From positions 5,380-69,379 of the forward strand of contig MGKI01000014.1 in assembly GCA_001795615.1 (NCBI GenBank): a stretch of DNA of 64,000 nucleotides, read 5' to 3'. The position numbers and the translations under genes were made by a program. Source of the DNA: Candidatus Yanofskybacteria bacterium RIFCSPLOWO2_01_FULL_42_49 (GTDB lineage Bacteria > Patescibacteriota > Minisyncoccia > 2-02-FULL-40-12 > GWA2-44-9). Under the pieces are notes generated by a model. It ran no database searches and was not told the origin of the DNA. It saw nothing but the letters and a program-made list of their open reading frames with translations. Positions 26,958-35,981 of this stretch are shown here, in pieces. Each line of letters starts with the position of its first letter. Positions within the stretch are counted from its first letter, which is position 1.

Positions 26958-28689
26958 CCGGACTTATTTCTGGTTTTACAAAAGGATATTTTTGAGAGAT
27001 AACTTTTTTATCTAAAACGAAGTTCCCTAAAATTAAATAATCAATATCTGTTTTTATAAAAGTATTAAAAGCGTCTTCTGGAGTACAAACTATCGGCTCG
27101 CCTCTAATGTTGAAGGAGGTATTGATCAGGACAGGGCAACCGGTTAAGTGTCCAAATTCTTCTAAAAGACCATGGTACAATGAATCTGATCTGTTGCTTA
27201 CTGTCTGAAGCCGAGCTGTTTTGTCTACGTGGGTCACCGCCGGAATATTATCCGTTTTTACTCCAGCCACAAAAAGCATATATGGACTGGGAAATGGAAA
27301 GTCAAAAAATTCCGATACATATTCTTCCATAACACTTGGGGCAAAGGGCCGGAAGCTTTCTCTAAATTTTATTTTTAAATTTACCCTCTGCCAATTTCCT
27401 TTATTCCTCGGATCAGCCAAGATAGACCGATTGCCTAATGCCCTTGGCCCCCATTCCATCCGCCCCTGAAACCAACCAACAACATTCTGTTTGTTAATCA
27501 AAGCGGCCACTGTTTTTAAAAGCTGACCATGGTCCATGAACTCGTATTCCACTTTTTTTTTATCTAAAAATTCTTTTATTTCTTTATTGGAAAATTTAGG
27601 CCCCCAGCTAGCATGCTCCATTACGAAATTTCTTTCATTTTTAAATACCTGGTGCCAAACATAATAAGCCGCCCCCAAGGCGCCGCCAGCGTCACCTGCC
27701 GCCGGTTGGATAAAAATATTTTTAAAAGGGGTGTTTTTTAAAATTTGAGAGTTGGCAACGCAATTCAGGGCCACCCCCCCAGCCAAGCAAAGAGAGTCTA
27801 TATTGGTCTCCTTATATACATAGTTAGCCATCATTACTATAATATCGTTAGTGACTTTCTGTATACTGGCGGCGAGATCTTTGTGGAATTGTTCTAATTT
27901 ATCATCGGGGGCTCTTTTCGGTCGGCCGAAAATGTTTTTAAACTTAGCCTCAATATCTCCCATTTCGTAAAAACTTTTAAAGATAGCTCGGTCAAGCTTA
28001 AAGCTTCCATCGGGGAATATGCTGATTAGTCTGCGTATTTTATCTTCATAAATTGGTTCACCATAAGGAGCCAGACCCATAACCTTATATTCTCCGCTGT
28101 TTGGCTTAAAACCAAGATAATATGTAAAGAAACTATAAAATAACCCCAACGAGTCCGGATAATTTATCTCCCTGATTATGTCTATTTTATTGTCACGCCC
28201 TAGTCCAAAAGCGGTCGTCGCCCATTCACCAACGCCATCCACAGTTAAAATTGCCGCCCCCTTGAACGGGGACACAAAAAAGGCACTTGCAGCATGGGAC
28301 ATATGGTGTTCAGAAAAATAGACTGGTCCCTTATAATTCAATTCTTTTTTTATCTTATTTTTAATCCACAATTTGTCTTTTAGCCAAATTGGCATAGCCC
28401 GAATAAACATTTTATAATCCTGCGGCCAGGATTTAATAAAACTTTCGACAATCCTTTCAAATTTTAATAAGGGCTTATCATAAAAACCGACACAAGAAAC
28501 ATCCTTAATGTTTATACCCTCATATGCCAGGCAAAATTTAATCGCATTGGCAGGAAACGATTCATCGTGTTTTTTGCGAGTAAACCTTTCTTCTTGCGCA
28601 GCAGCAATTAATTGTCCGTTCTTTATCAAGACGGCGGCAGAATCATGGTAGTAGCAAGAAATCCCCAAAATATAAATGTCGTTTACCAT
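26947..28689 (-). CDS. carbamoyltransferase (NodU/CmcH family)
   Basis: N-terminal ILGISCYYHDSAAVLI...EERFTRKKHD and a C-terminal carbamoyltransferase domain; 580 aa. Confidence 0.85.
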   Translation of the reverse strand: MVNDIYILGISCYYHDSAAVLIKNGQLIAAAQEERFTRKKHDESFPANAIKFCLAYEGINIKDVSCVGFYDKPLLKFERIVESFIKSWPQDYKMFIRAMPIWLKDKLWIKNKIKKELNYKGPVYFSEHHMSHAASAFFVSPFKGAAILTVDGVGEWATTAFGLGRDNKIDIIREINYPDSLGLFYSFFTYYLGFKPNSGEYKVMGLAPYGEPIYEDKIRRLISIFPDGSFKLDRAIFKSFYEMGDIEAKFKNIFGRPKRAPDDKLEQFHKDLAASIQKVTNDIIVMMANYVYKETNIDSLCLAGGVALNCVANSQILKNTPFKNIFIQPAAGDAGGALGAAYYVWHQVFKNERNFVMEHASWGPKFSNKEIKEFLDKKKVEYEFMDHGQLLKTVAALINKQNVVGWFQGRMEWGPRALGNRSILADPRNKGNWQRVNLKIKFRESFRPFAPSVMEEYVSEFFDFPFPSPYMLFVAGVKTDNIPAVTHVDKTARLQTVSNRSDSLYHGLLEEFGHLTGCPVLINTSFNIRGEPIVCTPEDAFNTFIKTDIDYLILGNFVLDKKVISQKYPFVKPEISPDVD

Positions 28690-30038
28690 AAATTTAATTT
28701 CTTACCTTTCAGTTTGCTCAAACCATTTAACCCGACCAAACTAAATATCGGTTCCACTATAATACGGAATCCGGCCGAAGCCATAATACCGGAAAAAAAG
28801 GAAAAATATAACAACAAAAGAAAGAAAAAAAATAATATTGACTTCGTTATTATATCTTCTTTAAAAAAACATAATGCAGATAAAATTAAGCCAACGAACA
28901 GGGCCGCTAGAAATAGTCTTTCAATCGCAACTAAGTACGGAAAGGTATTTTTTTCTTTGAAAGTTATAATCTTATAGATATTTACGTCAGAGCGACTGCT
29001 ACGGCTAAAATCGTTATACCAATATCTGATTCCGTCCCGCAAAAAAAACTTTGCCATATTCTTAACCCTGGAAACAAGAAAGTAAGCCGGAAAAGCAGAA
29101 AAATAGTAGCGGGAACGCGACATAAGAATATCCCCCTGTGCAAATTTCATGTAATCCTGAAAATTAGAGACACTTGAGTGGCTACCTATCTCTGCTTTAA
29201 GAATGCCGCCGGCTTCTTCATACGAGATGTCGTTGGCAAGAGCATAAGCGTCGGGAACATCGTAAAAATATAACTGGTAAGGAGTTATTGACGAGAGTTT
29301 AAAATGCCCAAATAAATTATAGTTTCTAATTAACCACGGGGTTAAAATAGCGGCAAATGTTGCGCACATTATAAAACCTAGTTTTAAAAATTGCTTTAGA
29401 CTCAGATTAATTCGTTTAAAATAAACAGAACAAGCCAGAGATAAAATAAAAACCGGAACAATATATTGGGCAATAGGCCGAGTAAGAGCCAACACTGGCA
29501 GTAAAATTGAGGTTAGTAGAAAATATTTATTCCGTTGGTTTTTCAAAAATTGGACCCAGCTCCAAATTGACAAAATCAACAAAGACAAGAAAAGAGTTTG
29601 TGTAAGAAATTTGACTGAAACATTAAGAGAAAAGGGGGCAAACAAAAAAATGCCAGCATTCCAAAGCGCTATTTTACGGCTAAAGTATTCTCTTCCGATC
29701 AAATATAAAAAATAGGCCGACAAAACGATCAAAACCGATTGAATGACTAATGCGGCCTGATAAGAACCAAATAAAAATCTGACCAGAAACAAAAACCCTG
29801 GATAAATGGGGGTGCGAAAAGAATTAGGCTGAAACGGCGCGGATTTGTCCCATGTAAATCCATGGCCAAGTCGGAGGTTTTCCGCTAAAGCCAAGTATTC
29901 CGCCGAATCCCCATCATGGAAAAGGCGGTGATCGTCATCAAAAAACATTATCAGACCAAGCCGAACCAACAACCCTAAGACCAAGATCGCAAATAATATC
30001 TTTTTTTCAGAACGAATGTTCATGAGAATCGGGAGCAA
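28683..30038 (-). CDS. GT-C family membrane glycosyltransferase (ArnT/PMT, GT39/83-like)
   Basis: DDDHRLFHDGDSAEYLALAENL...GFTWDK motif block typical of ArnT/PMT first periplasmic loop; ~11 TM. Confidence 0.65.
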   Translation of the reverse strand: MLPILMNIRSEKKILFAILVLGLLVRLGLIMFFDDDHRLFHDGDSAEYLALAENLRLGHGFTWDKSAPFQPNSFRTPIYPGFLFLVRFLFGSYQAALVIQSVLIVLSAYFLYLIGREYFSRKIALWNAGIFLFAPFSLNVSVKFLTQTLFLSLLILSIWSWVQFLKNQRNKYFLLTSILLPVLALTRPIAQYIVPVFILSLACSVYFKRINLSLKQFLKLGFIMCATFAAILTPWLIRNYNLFGHFKLSSITPYQLYFYDVPDAYALANDISYEEAGGILKAEIGSHSSVSNFQDYMKFAQGDILMSRSRYYFSAFPAYFLVSRVKNMAKFFLRDGIRYWYNDFSRSSRSDVNIYKIITFKEKNTFPYLVAIERLFLAALFVGLILSALCFFKEDIITKSILFFFFLLLLYFSFFSGIMASAGFRIIVEPIFSLVGLNGLSKLKGKKLNLW

Positions 30039-30216
30039 GTTTATCTTTTAGTTTCCAGTTAGTGTTGGGGGTCTTTTTCTGTTTAACAAACAGTGAGAGC
30101 AATTTAAATACAGGAATTACGGTAAAATAAAAAACGGTTAGTATAATCTTTGTATTTATTCTGCCAATGAAATTGGCAAATTTTTTATAGAAATCAAATA
30201 TTTTCGTCCACATCAA
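30007..30216 (-). CDS. small membrane protein (69 aa), hypothetical
   Basis: One or two TM helices plus a basic C-terminus; overlaps the GT-C start by 32 nt. Weak call. Confidence 0.3.
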   Translation of the reverse strand: MMWTKIFDFYKKFANFIGRINTKIILTVFYFTVIPVFKLLSLFVKQKKTPNTNWKLKDKLAPDSHEHSF

Positions 30217-30517
30217 AATCTAAATTAGACCTAAAAAGCGGCCATCTTTTCAGAATTTGCATTTCACATATCCTCTTAATTCTTAAACACTTACTGAAAA
30301 CAAAAAATGTCGGTTTCCATCCGATACTTTTCAAGAAAATAAGCCAATGGTTGGCACACCTCCCCCTCCAGATATTAAGGGAAATAAGTTTCATATTTTA
30401 TATTAAATCACATTCTGTCATTAAAAACCATGAGAATTTATTAAACCTTATTCGACTAAATTAAAAGACCCTCCAAATTTGATTTGGAGGGGCAAGTGTC
30501 AATTCCAGGGGATTTGG

Positions 30518-30745
30518 CTAACAGTCAAGAACCCACAACATTCCAAATGCCAACCCAGAAAATATCAGCATCCCCAAAAAAACTCCTGCAACGCTGATCG
30601 TGCTTAGTCCTGCAATAGCTCCGCACATTCCACAAAAAGTCAAAAGTCTTGTTCTGAACTCCACCTTCTCTCCTTCTTTCTTTGGTTTGTGATTTGGCCA
30701 AAATTGACCGCTTATTAGTATAAGCACATAACCAAAATAAGTCAA
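30518..30745 (-). CDS. small two-TM membrane protein (75 aa), hypothetical
   Basis: Two hydrophobic helices; divergent from gmd. Weak call. Confidence 0.3.
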   Translation of the reverse strand: MTYFGYVLILISGQFWPNHKPKKEGEKVEFRTRLLTFCGMCGAIAGLSTISVAGVFLGMLIFSGLAFGMLWVLDC

Positions 30746-30784
30746 TATTGCTAATGGGCAGGAAAATATCTATTCTAAAATTCA

Positions 30785-31798
30785 ATGGCGAAAACAAAAA
30801 ACAAGACCGCTTTAATTTTCGGTATCACCGGTCAAGACGGTTCGTATTTAGCTGAAATCCTTTTGAAAAAGGGATATGTTGTGCATGGCGTCGTGAGACG
30901 GGCTTCAACTTTTAACACAGCAAGAATAAATCATCTCTATCAGGATCCACACAATAAAAGCAGGAAACTTTTTCTGCACCACGGAGACCTTGCCGACGCT
31001 GGCACAATAAGAAAAATAATTAATAAAGTTAAACCGGAAGAGGTCTACAACCTTGCCGCACAATCGCATGTTAAAGTCTCGTTTGAAATTCCTGAATACA
31101 CAATGGACATTACCGGTAACGGGGCGTTGAGAATTCTTGAAGCACTAAGGGATTTCCAAACAGAAACAGGGGGAAAAGTTAAATTCTACCAAGCATCATC
31201 TTCGGAAATGTTTGGCGCAGCTCCCCCGCCCCAAAATGAAAAGACGCCATTCATACCCCAAAGCCCCTACGGCGCAGCCAAGGTTTTCGCTCACAATATG
31301 ACGAACCTCTACCGCGATGCTTATGGACTTTTTGCTGTAAGTGGAATACTTTTCAATCACGAATCACCACGACGAGGGGAAACATTCGTAACACGAAAAA
31401 TCACCCGTGGCATTGCCAGAATAAAAGCCGGTTTGGACAAAAAATTATACCTCGGCAACCTGGACGCTAAGAGAGATTGGGGACATTCCCCTGAATTCTG
31501 CGAAGCCATGTGGCTAATGATGCAACAGCCCAAGCCAAATGACTTCGTTATCGGCACAGGCGAGACGCACACTGTGAGAGAATTCGTTGAACTGGCTTTT
31601 AAAGAAGCCGGTTTGGGTAGTTGGAAAAAATATGTTGAAATTGATCCTCAATACTACAGGCCAGCTGAAGTAAATATTTTAGTCGCCGATACCAGAAAGG
31701 CAAAAAAAGTATTGAAGTGGCAACCAAAAACCAAATTCAAAGACCTTGTGAAAATAATGGTCTGGAATGACATTAACGAATTTAAAGTTAAAAATTAA
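30785..31798 (+). CDS. gmd: GDP-mannose 4,6-dehydratase
   Basis: [33 protein letters not shown] (YxxxK), and the characteristic [12 protein letters not shown] loop. Confidence 0.9.
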   Translation: MAKTKNKTALIFGITGQDGSYLAEILLKKGYVVHGVVRRASTFNTARINHLYQDPHNKSRKLFLHHGDLADAGTIRKIINKVKPEEVYNLAAQSHVKVSFEIPEYTMDITGNGALRILEALRDFQTETGGKVKFYQASSSEMFGAAPPPQNEKTPFIPQSPYGAAKVFAHNMTNLYRDAYGLFAVSGILFNHESPRRGETFVTRKITRGIARIKAGLDKKLYLGNLDAKRDWGHSPEFCEAMWLMMQQPKPNDFVIGTGETHTVREFVELAFKEAGLGSWKKYVEIDPQYYRPAEVNILVADTRKAKKVLKWQPKTKFKDLVKIMVWNDINEFKVKN

Positions 31799-31886
31799 AA
31801 GAGTAAAGTTAAAAGTCAAGGTTTTAATTTAAAGATTTTAAAAACTTATAATTTAAAACTCTAATTTTACACTTTCTATTTTAAAT

Positions 31887-32819
31887 TTGAAAAATTTTTC
31901 AAACAAAAAATTTTTAGTTACTGGCGGAGCCGGGTTTTTGGGCTCTTTTGTAATACAGAAGTTATTGGACAAAGGCGTATCGCAAAGAAACATATTCGTT
32001 CTCCGCTCAAAAGATTTAGATCTGCGTAAATGGGAAAATTGTGTTAAGGCAGTCAAAAATCAAGATATTATTATCCATCTTGCCGCCGTGGTCGGCGGAA
32101 TTGGATATAACCAAAAAATTCCCGGTCAGATGTTTTATGACAACTTATTGATGGGGACGCAACTTATGGAAGCGGCTCGCCAGACAGGCGTAGAAAAGTT
32201 CGTTGCAATAGGCACAATCTGCGCATATCCAAAATTCGCTCCTATCCCCTTTGCGGAAACATCGTTGTGGCATGGCTACCCGGAAGAAACAAACGCTCCG
32301 TATGGCCTTGCTAAAAAAATGCTCCTGGTCCAAGCCCAAGCCTACCGACAGCAATATGGTTTCAATGCCATTTATCTTTTACCGGTAAATCTTTACGGCC
32401 CCGGAGATAATTTTAATCCTCAAAGTTCACATGTTATTCCTGCCTTGATTAAAAAAGTTGCCGACGCGAAAAAAACTGGACAAAAACACATAGATGTTTG
32501 GGGCACAGGAAAAGCGTCCAGAGAATTTTTATATGTTGAAGATTGCGCTGAAGGAATTGTTTTGGCAACCGAAAAATATGACAAACCGGAGCCGGTCAAC
32601 CTTGGAGCAAATAGAGAAATCAAGATAAGGGATCTGGTAAAAACTATCTGCAAATTAACGAGCTTTAAAGGAAAAGTCCGCTGGGACAAAACAAAACCAG
32701 ACGGCCAGCCAAGAAGAATGGTTGACGCCACTCTCGCCCGTAAAGAGTTCGGGTTTAAAGCAAAGACTGATTTTGAAAAAGGACTCAAAAAAACTATCAA
32801 TTGGTATGTAAAAAGTTAA
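31887..32819 (+). CDS. fcl: GDP-L-fucose synthase (GDP-4-keto-6-deoxymannose 3,5-epimerase/4-reductase)
   Basis: [41 protein letters not shown]; immediately downstream of gmd. Confidence 0.9.
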   Translation: MKNFSNKKFLVTGGAGFLGSFVIQKLLDKGVSQRNIFVLRSKDLDLRKWENCVKAVKNQDIIIHLAAVVGGIGYNQKIPGQMFYDNLLMGTQLMEAARQTGVEKFVAIGTICAYPKFAPIPFAETSLWHGYPEETNAPYGLAKKMLLVQAQAYRQQYGFNAIYLLPVNLYGPGDNFNPQSSHVIPALIKKVADAKKTGQKHIDVWGTGKASREFLYVEDCAEGIVLATEKYDKPEPVNLGANREIKIRDLVKTICKLTSFKGKVRWDKTKPDGQPRRMVDATLARKEFGFKAKTDFEKGLKKTINWYVKS

Positions 32820-32857
32820 AAATAGAAAGTAAAAAGTTTAAAATTAAAATAATTTTA

Positions 32858-32883
32858 AAAGGGACTTAATGTCCCTTTTGTGT
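32858..32883. terminator. bidirectional intrinsic terminator
   Basis: gggac-ttaat-gtccc hairpin with flanking A- and T-runs, between fcl (+) and the convergent 32884 gene (-). Confidence 0.5.
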
Positions 32884-33255
32884 TTACGCGGTTGCTGATA
32901 ATGACCCAATTTCACTTTTCAATAAATTAATAACCCCATTGGCGTCAAGAGCATCGACAATCGAGTCAAGCTGACCCAACTCAATCTCTTCAAACAACTG
33001 GATACGGTCAAATTCCCCTGTTTGAAGTTCAACCCGTAATCCATATATGTCAGTTGCAAAAATTGGCCAATAGCCAAGAATGTAAGCCATCTGATAACGG
33101 CCCGAAGTCCAACCTTTTAGTTTATCCGCCTCTCGCGAAAGCTTCGGAACCTGTCGCCAAAGATCAACTTGGCTTCTACAATAATCCTGGAGTGCCTCTA
33201 TTGCTTCGTGTTTAAATTTCTCAATTTTCCTTTCTGGCATCTGAATGTTTTCCAT
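32884..33255 (-). CDS. hypothetical protein (123 aa)
   Basis: ORF with no recognisable motif. Confidence 0.35.
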   Translation of the reverse strand: MENIQMPERKIEKFKHEAIEALQDYCRSQVDLWRQVPKLSREADKLKGWTSGRYQMAYILGYWPIFATDIYGLRVELQTGEFDRIQLFEEIELGQLDSIVDALDANGVINLLKSEIGSLSATA

Positions 33256-33335
33256 TTTTACCCTTTGTTTTTATTATCAAAAAACTTTTAAAAGTGTAAT
33301 ACGAATAGAAAATTGTGTCAAGTAAACCGACCTCA

Positions 33336-33929
33336 TTAGAAATTCTTCTCTATTTGGCCGCAAAGCATGTGAATAACGGCCAGATGAACTTCCTGGACCA
33401 AGGCTGTATTTTCGTTCGGCACAATAATTGCAACATCAACCATCTCAAGAAGGTGTTTTGTTTTGGCGCTAAAAAATCCTATATTCTTCGCCCCTTTTAC
33501 CATAGCCGCTTCAAAAGCGTTTCTGATATTCCATGAATGGTGATCGTTTTCAAGATCACCAACATCGCTAGTAGTAAACCCGATGGCAACATCTCCCTGA
33601 CAGGCTAATGCTTCAATTTGTCTTGCAAAAACAGAAGGGAATCCAAAATCATTGCTTTGAGCGGTTAAAATCGAAGAATCCGTAGTTAAAGCAATAGCCG
33701 GTATTGCTTTCCTTCTTTTTTCAAACATACACACCAACTCTGCGGCGAAATGCTGAGCTTCGGCCGCCGAACCGCCATTCCCAAAGATAAGAATTTTACC
33801 ACCCCTCTTTATTGCTTCTGACAAAATTTCTCCGGCTATCCAAAAATTTCTAGCTAAATTCCAATCATTTGACATCTTAACATACAGTTCTGATCTTGCT
33901 TGCATGTTTTCAGCAAACAAATGTCCCAT
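33336..33929 (-). CDS. gmhA: phosphoheptose isomerase (sedoheptulose-7-phosphate isomerase, SIS domain)
   Basis: KILIFGNGGSAAEAQHFAAEL...TDSS...GFTTSD pattern typical of GmhA. Confidence 0.85.
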   Translation of the reverse strand: MGHLFAENMQARSELYVKMSNDWNLARNFWIAGEILSEAIKRGGKILIFGNGGSAAEAQHFAAELVCMFEKRRKAIPAIALTTDSSILTAQSNDFGFPSVFARQIEALACQGDVAIGFTTSDVGDLENDHHSWNIRNAFEAAMVKGAKNIGFFSAKTKHLLEMVDVAIIVPNENTALVQEVHLAVIHMLCGQIEKNF

Positions 33930-33996
33930 GATTTTCCTTTGTCAATTTGTCAATCTGCTAAATCTCATATACCATATAAATACTAAAAAGCAATCC

Positions 33997-34521
33997 ATGG
34001 AGAAATATTTAATTCTTGACAGAGATGGGGTTCTGATCAAAGACAAAGGATATGTCCACAAGATAAAAGATCTAGAATTATTGCCGGGCGTTGTTGAGGG
34101 TCTACAGAAGTTCAGAGATGCTGGATATAAATTTATTGTGATTTCAAACCAAGCCGGCATCGCAAGAGGACTTTACACGAGAAGGGACGCTGAAAGATTT
34201 AACAACAAACTAAAGGCGATATTGGCTTCCGACGGTATTGTCTTGGAAAAATTTTATTATTGTGAACACCACCCGGACATTAACGGCCGATGTAATTGCA
34301 GAAAACCGGCCACAGGATTAGTCACTAAAGCGGTTGAAGAATTCGAGATTAACTTAAGCGACGCCTGTTTTATCGGTGACAAGGACTGCGATATTGAGTT
34401 GGGTAAAAACTGCGGAGGCATTACTGTTCTGATAGACAGCGGCCAATATCCGAATTCGGTTCAACCTGATTTTAAAGCAAAGAACCTTGAACACGCGTTT
34501 GAGCTATTAAAAAACCGCTAA
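33997..34521 (+). CDS. gmhB: D,D-heptose 1,7-bisphosphate phosphatase (HAD-IIIA)
   Basis: LILDRDGVL, ISNQAGIARG, zinc site YCEHHP...CNCRKP, FIGDKDCD; start at the internal ATG 33997. Confidence 0.8.
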   Translation: MEKYLILDRDGVLIKDKGYVHKIKDLELLPGVVEGLQKFRDAGYKFIVISNQAGIARGLYTRRDAERFNNKLKAILASDGIVLEKFYYCEHHPDINGRCNCRKPATGLVTKAVEEFEINLSDACFIGDKDCDIELGKNCGGITVLIDSGQYPNSVQPDFKAKNLEHAFELLKNR

Positions 34522-34529
34522 CGCGGTTT

Positions 34530-35489
34530 TTAGATTTGTTTAATGTCATGAATATACCGTTGATAAGTTCTTCTGATGCCTTCCAAAATATCAACTTTCG
34601 ATTGCCATCCCATAGCTCTCAAACGACTTGAGTCAAGGAGTTTCCTCGGCATTCCGTTTGGTTTGGAATCGTCCCAAACAATTTTACCTTTATAACCAAC
34701 AACTGAACCAACAACATCTGCTAATTCAGCAATACTGTAATCAATACCGGTACCAACATTAATTAAAATGTCGCCCCGCTCAATCTCTTCTTCTAAAGGA
34801 CTGAAATTATCCATTAAGAAGACGCTCGCGTCAGCAACATCATCAACGTAAATAAACTCCCTTCTTGGAGAACCGTCGCCCCAAAGAACAACCTCCGGCA
34901 TATCGCTTACCATCGCGTTGTGAAACTTTTTTATCATATCAGGCAGAACATGGGCTCGGTCATGTTCAAAATGATCATTTTCCCCATACATACTTGCTGG
35001 AATTGCTACTATAAAGTTGGTGCCGTACTGGACATTAAACGCTCGACACATTTCAATACCGGCTAGCTTGGCCATCGCATATGCTCGGTTGGTCGGCTCC
35101 AACGGACCGGTCATCAAATATTCCTCTCTCATCGGCTGGGGACATTCTCGGGGATAGCAACAGTTAGCACCGAAAAACAAAAGTTTTTTGACGCCAGCCA
35201 CATGAGCAGCCAACACGACATTTTGCTGAATCAAAATATTTTTAATTATAAAGTCTGCGGGATACTTAATGTTTTCAGCGATATTACCGACCTTAGCAGC
35301 ACAAAGGAAGACATATTCCGGTAATTCTTGAGCAAAAAATTTCGACACACTAAGTTTATCGGTTAAATCAAGGTGCATATTATCACCAGTGACTAAATTT
35401 CTAAATCCATTATTTTTAAGCGTCCGGACTATAGCCGAACCAAGCAAGCCGGTGTGACCAGCAATGTAAATTTTGGAGTTTTTATCCAT
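34530..35489 (-). CDS. NAD-dependent epimerase/reductase, GDP-L-fucose synthase family paralog
   Basis: IYIAGHTGLLGSAI, CAAKVGNI, AYAMAKL; Fcl-like fold next to the heptose genes, suggesting a 6-deoxyheptose or deoxyhexose reductase. Confidence 0.7.
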   Translation of the reverse strand: MDKNSKIYIAGHTGLLGSAIVRTLKNNGFRNLVTGDNMHLDLTDKLSVSKFFAQELPEYVFLCAAKVGNIAENIKYPADFIIKNILIQQNVVLAAHVAGVKKLLFFGANCCYPRECPQPMREEYLMTGPLEPTNRAYAMAKLAGIEMCRAFNVQYGTNFIVAIPASMYGENDHFEHDRAHVLPDMIKKFHNAMVSDMPEVVLWGDGSPRREFIYVDDVADASVFLMDNFSPLEEEIERGDILINVGTGIDYSIAELADVVGSVVGYKGKIVWDDSKPNGMPRKLLDSSRLRAMGWQSKVDILEGIRRTYQRYIHDIKQI

Positions 35490-35582
35490 ACATTAACCCG
35501 GAACTCCTTTGTAAAATTACCGTGTGGAATATCGCATGTTTACTGGTAACAGTCAAGAGTAATGTTGACATACCAAGTGAGT

Positions 35583-35695
35583 CCCGTTAGAAGTCGCACA
35601 AAGTGTGTATAACTACCAACTGGTTGTTATATGCTTTAATCGTTGTACTATCAAGACTTTTCCTCTCCGGACCCCTTAGGGCGACTTCTAACGGG
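35583..35695. repeat. perfect 15-bp inverted repeat (cccgttagaagtcgc ... gcgacttctaacggg) separated by 83 nt; candidate structured RNA or MITE
   Basis: The exact reverse complement was verified by eye. It lies in the 216-bp gap upstream of the HTH/ABC transporter genes. Confidence 0.45.
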
Positions 35696-35733
35696 ATTGA
35701 CACCTTTTGACACTTATTGATACGCTTAGTTTT

Positions 35734-35979
35734 ATGAGCGAGATTAATCCTAACGAAATATATACAACCCGAGAAACACAAGACATGTTAAAAATATCCA
35801 ATAGCACGATGAAACGCCTCTTAAAAAGAGGTCTGATTCGTGCTAATAAAGTTGGAGGACAATACAGAATTTTGGGTAAAGAAATTCTAAAATCCGTATC
35901 GCCCACCATTGAAAGACGGGCAGTTCAGACTTATCAAAAATTAAAGAAAAAATTAAAAAAGCAAATTAAAAACTGGTAA
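35734..35979 (+). CDS. excisionase/AlpA-family helix-turn-helix DNA-binding protein
   Basis: YTTRETQDMLKISNSTMKRLLKRGLIRANKVGGQYRI resembles the HTH_17 (Xis/MerR-like) pattern. Its stop overlaps the ABC transporter start. Confidence 0.55.
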   Translation: MSEINPNEIYTTRETQDMLKISNSTMKRLLKRGLIRANKVGGQYRILGKEILKSVSPTIERRAVQTYQKLKKKLKKQIKNW

Positions 35980-35981
35980 TA

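Noticed and set aside
30194-30394. 66-aa minus-strand ORF in the 300-bp gap upstream of gmd
   Set aside because: No SD, a low-complexity basic sequence, and it overlaps a likely promoter/terminator region (hairpin at 30468-30494).
35734-35979. Prophage or integrative element inferred from the excisionase-family HTH
   Set aside because: No integrase, recombinase, phage structural gene or att-like direct repeat is visible in the window. The gene is translationally coupled to an ABC exporter.
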